A stretch of 64,000 nucleotides of DNA, from positions 36,518,001-36,582,000 of the forward strand of contig OX597834.1 in NCBI GenBank assembly GCA_951406725.2, written 5' to 3'. Below are positions 63,394 to 64,000 of the stretch, piece by piece (positions within the stretch are counted from its first letter, which is position 1; every line of letters begins with the position of its first letter). The translations under genes and the position numbers were made by a program. The DNA is from Octopus vulgaris (lineage: Eukaryota). Below the pieces are notes generated by a model. It was given only the letters and a program-made list of their open reading frames with translations. It was not told where the DNA came from and did no database searches.

Positions 63394-64000
63394 ATATAAA
63401 GGTAAATGAACAACCATTTACTTTGACAAGTATTTCAATTATTCTATCAACTAAATTCCCCAGTCAATGCATTACAGTGGCCGAGTATACCACAGACACG
63501 TATATTCTTTCCTGTAATCATACCATCACCACCACCACCACCATAATCATCATCCTCATCATTTCACATCCACTTCCCATGCTGGCATGGGTTGGTCAGA
63601 CAGGTTGCCATGGTTTCACTCATTTCCTGTTGTGGGTGGGGTCCCGCTGCTCTCATGGATTGGTGTCTGTCTGTCTGTCTTCCTTGTTTCAGTCATTGGA
63701 CTGCGGCCATGCTGGGGCAGCATCTTGAAAGGTTTTAAGTTGAACAAGTCGACCCCAGGGCTTTTCTTTTCTTTATTTATTTTTAGTTTTAAAGTCTGGT
63801 ATTCATTCCATCAGTCTCTTCTGCTGAACTGCTAGGTTCAGAGGACGTAAACAAACCAACACTGGTAGTCAAGCAATGAGAGGCAGACACAAAGATGTGC
63901 GTGTGTGTGTGTGTGTGTGGGCGTGTGTAGGCATGTGTATGCGTGAGAGAGAAAGAGAGAAAGAGAGAAATTATGATAAGTTAAGTGATGATGATGATAA

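Overview
This is eukaryotic, AT-rich, extremely microsatellite-dense DNA. The SINE families and the (TA)n/(CA)n/(ATT)n/(GTG)n landscape suggest a coleoid cephalopod, probably Octopus (inferred, not verified). Nearly every ORF in the supplied track is a simple-repeat or SINE artefact. The main real signal is missed by the track: three small minus-strand exons (37000-36954, 14438-14388, 2626-2575) with canonical splice sites. They splice in frame to the N-terminus MEPVYKYEEFSQIEQRLPDHNPSMCTMSGPPGSIPDDYPANMQKSKIEKQ of a long-intron gene that continues past the left edge; I do not recognise the protein. The rest is a transposon graveyard: three tRNA-derived SINE families, RTE and R4/Dong LINE relics, mariner, piggyBac-type MITEs and Helitron/Helentron elements. 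There are also several distinct Penelope-type minimal hammerhead-ribozyme motifs, three of them clustered 2.5-3.7 kb upstream of the candidate start codon, one inside a 64-bp-arm palindrome. Repeat boundaries are read by eye and approximate unless stated.
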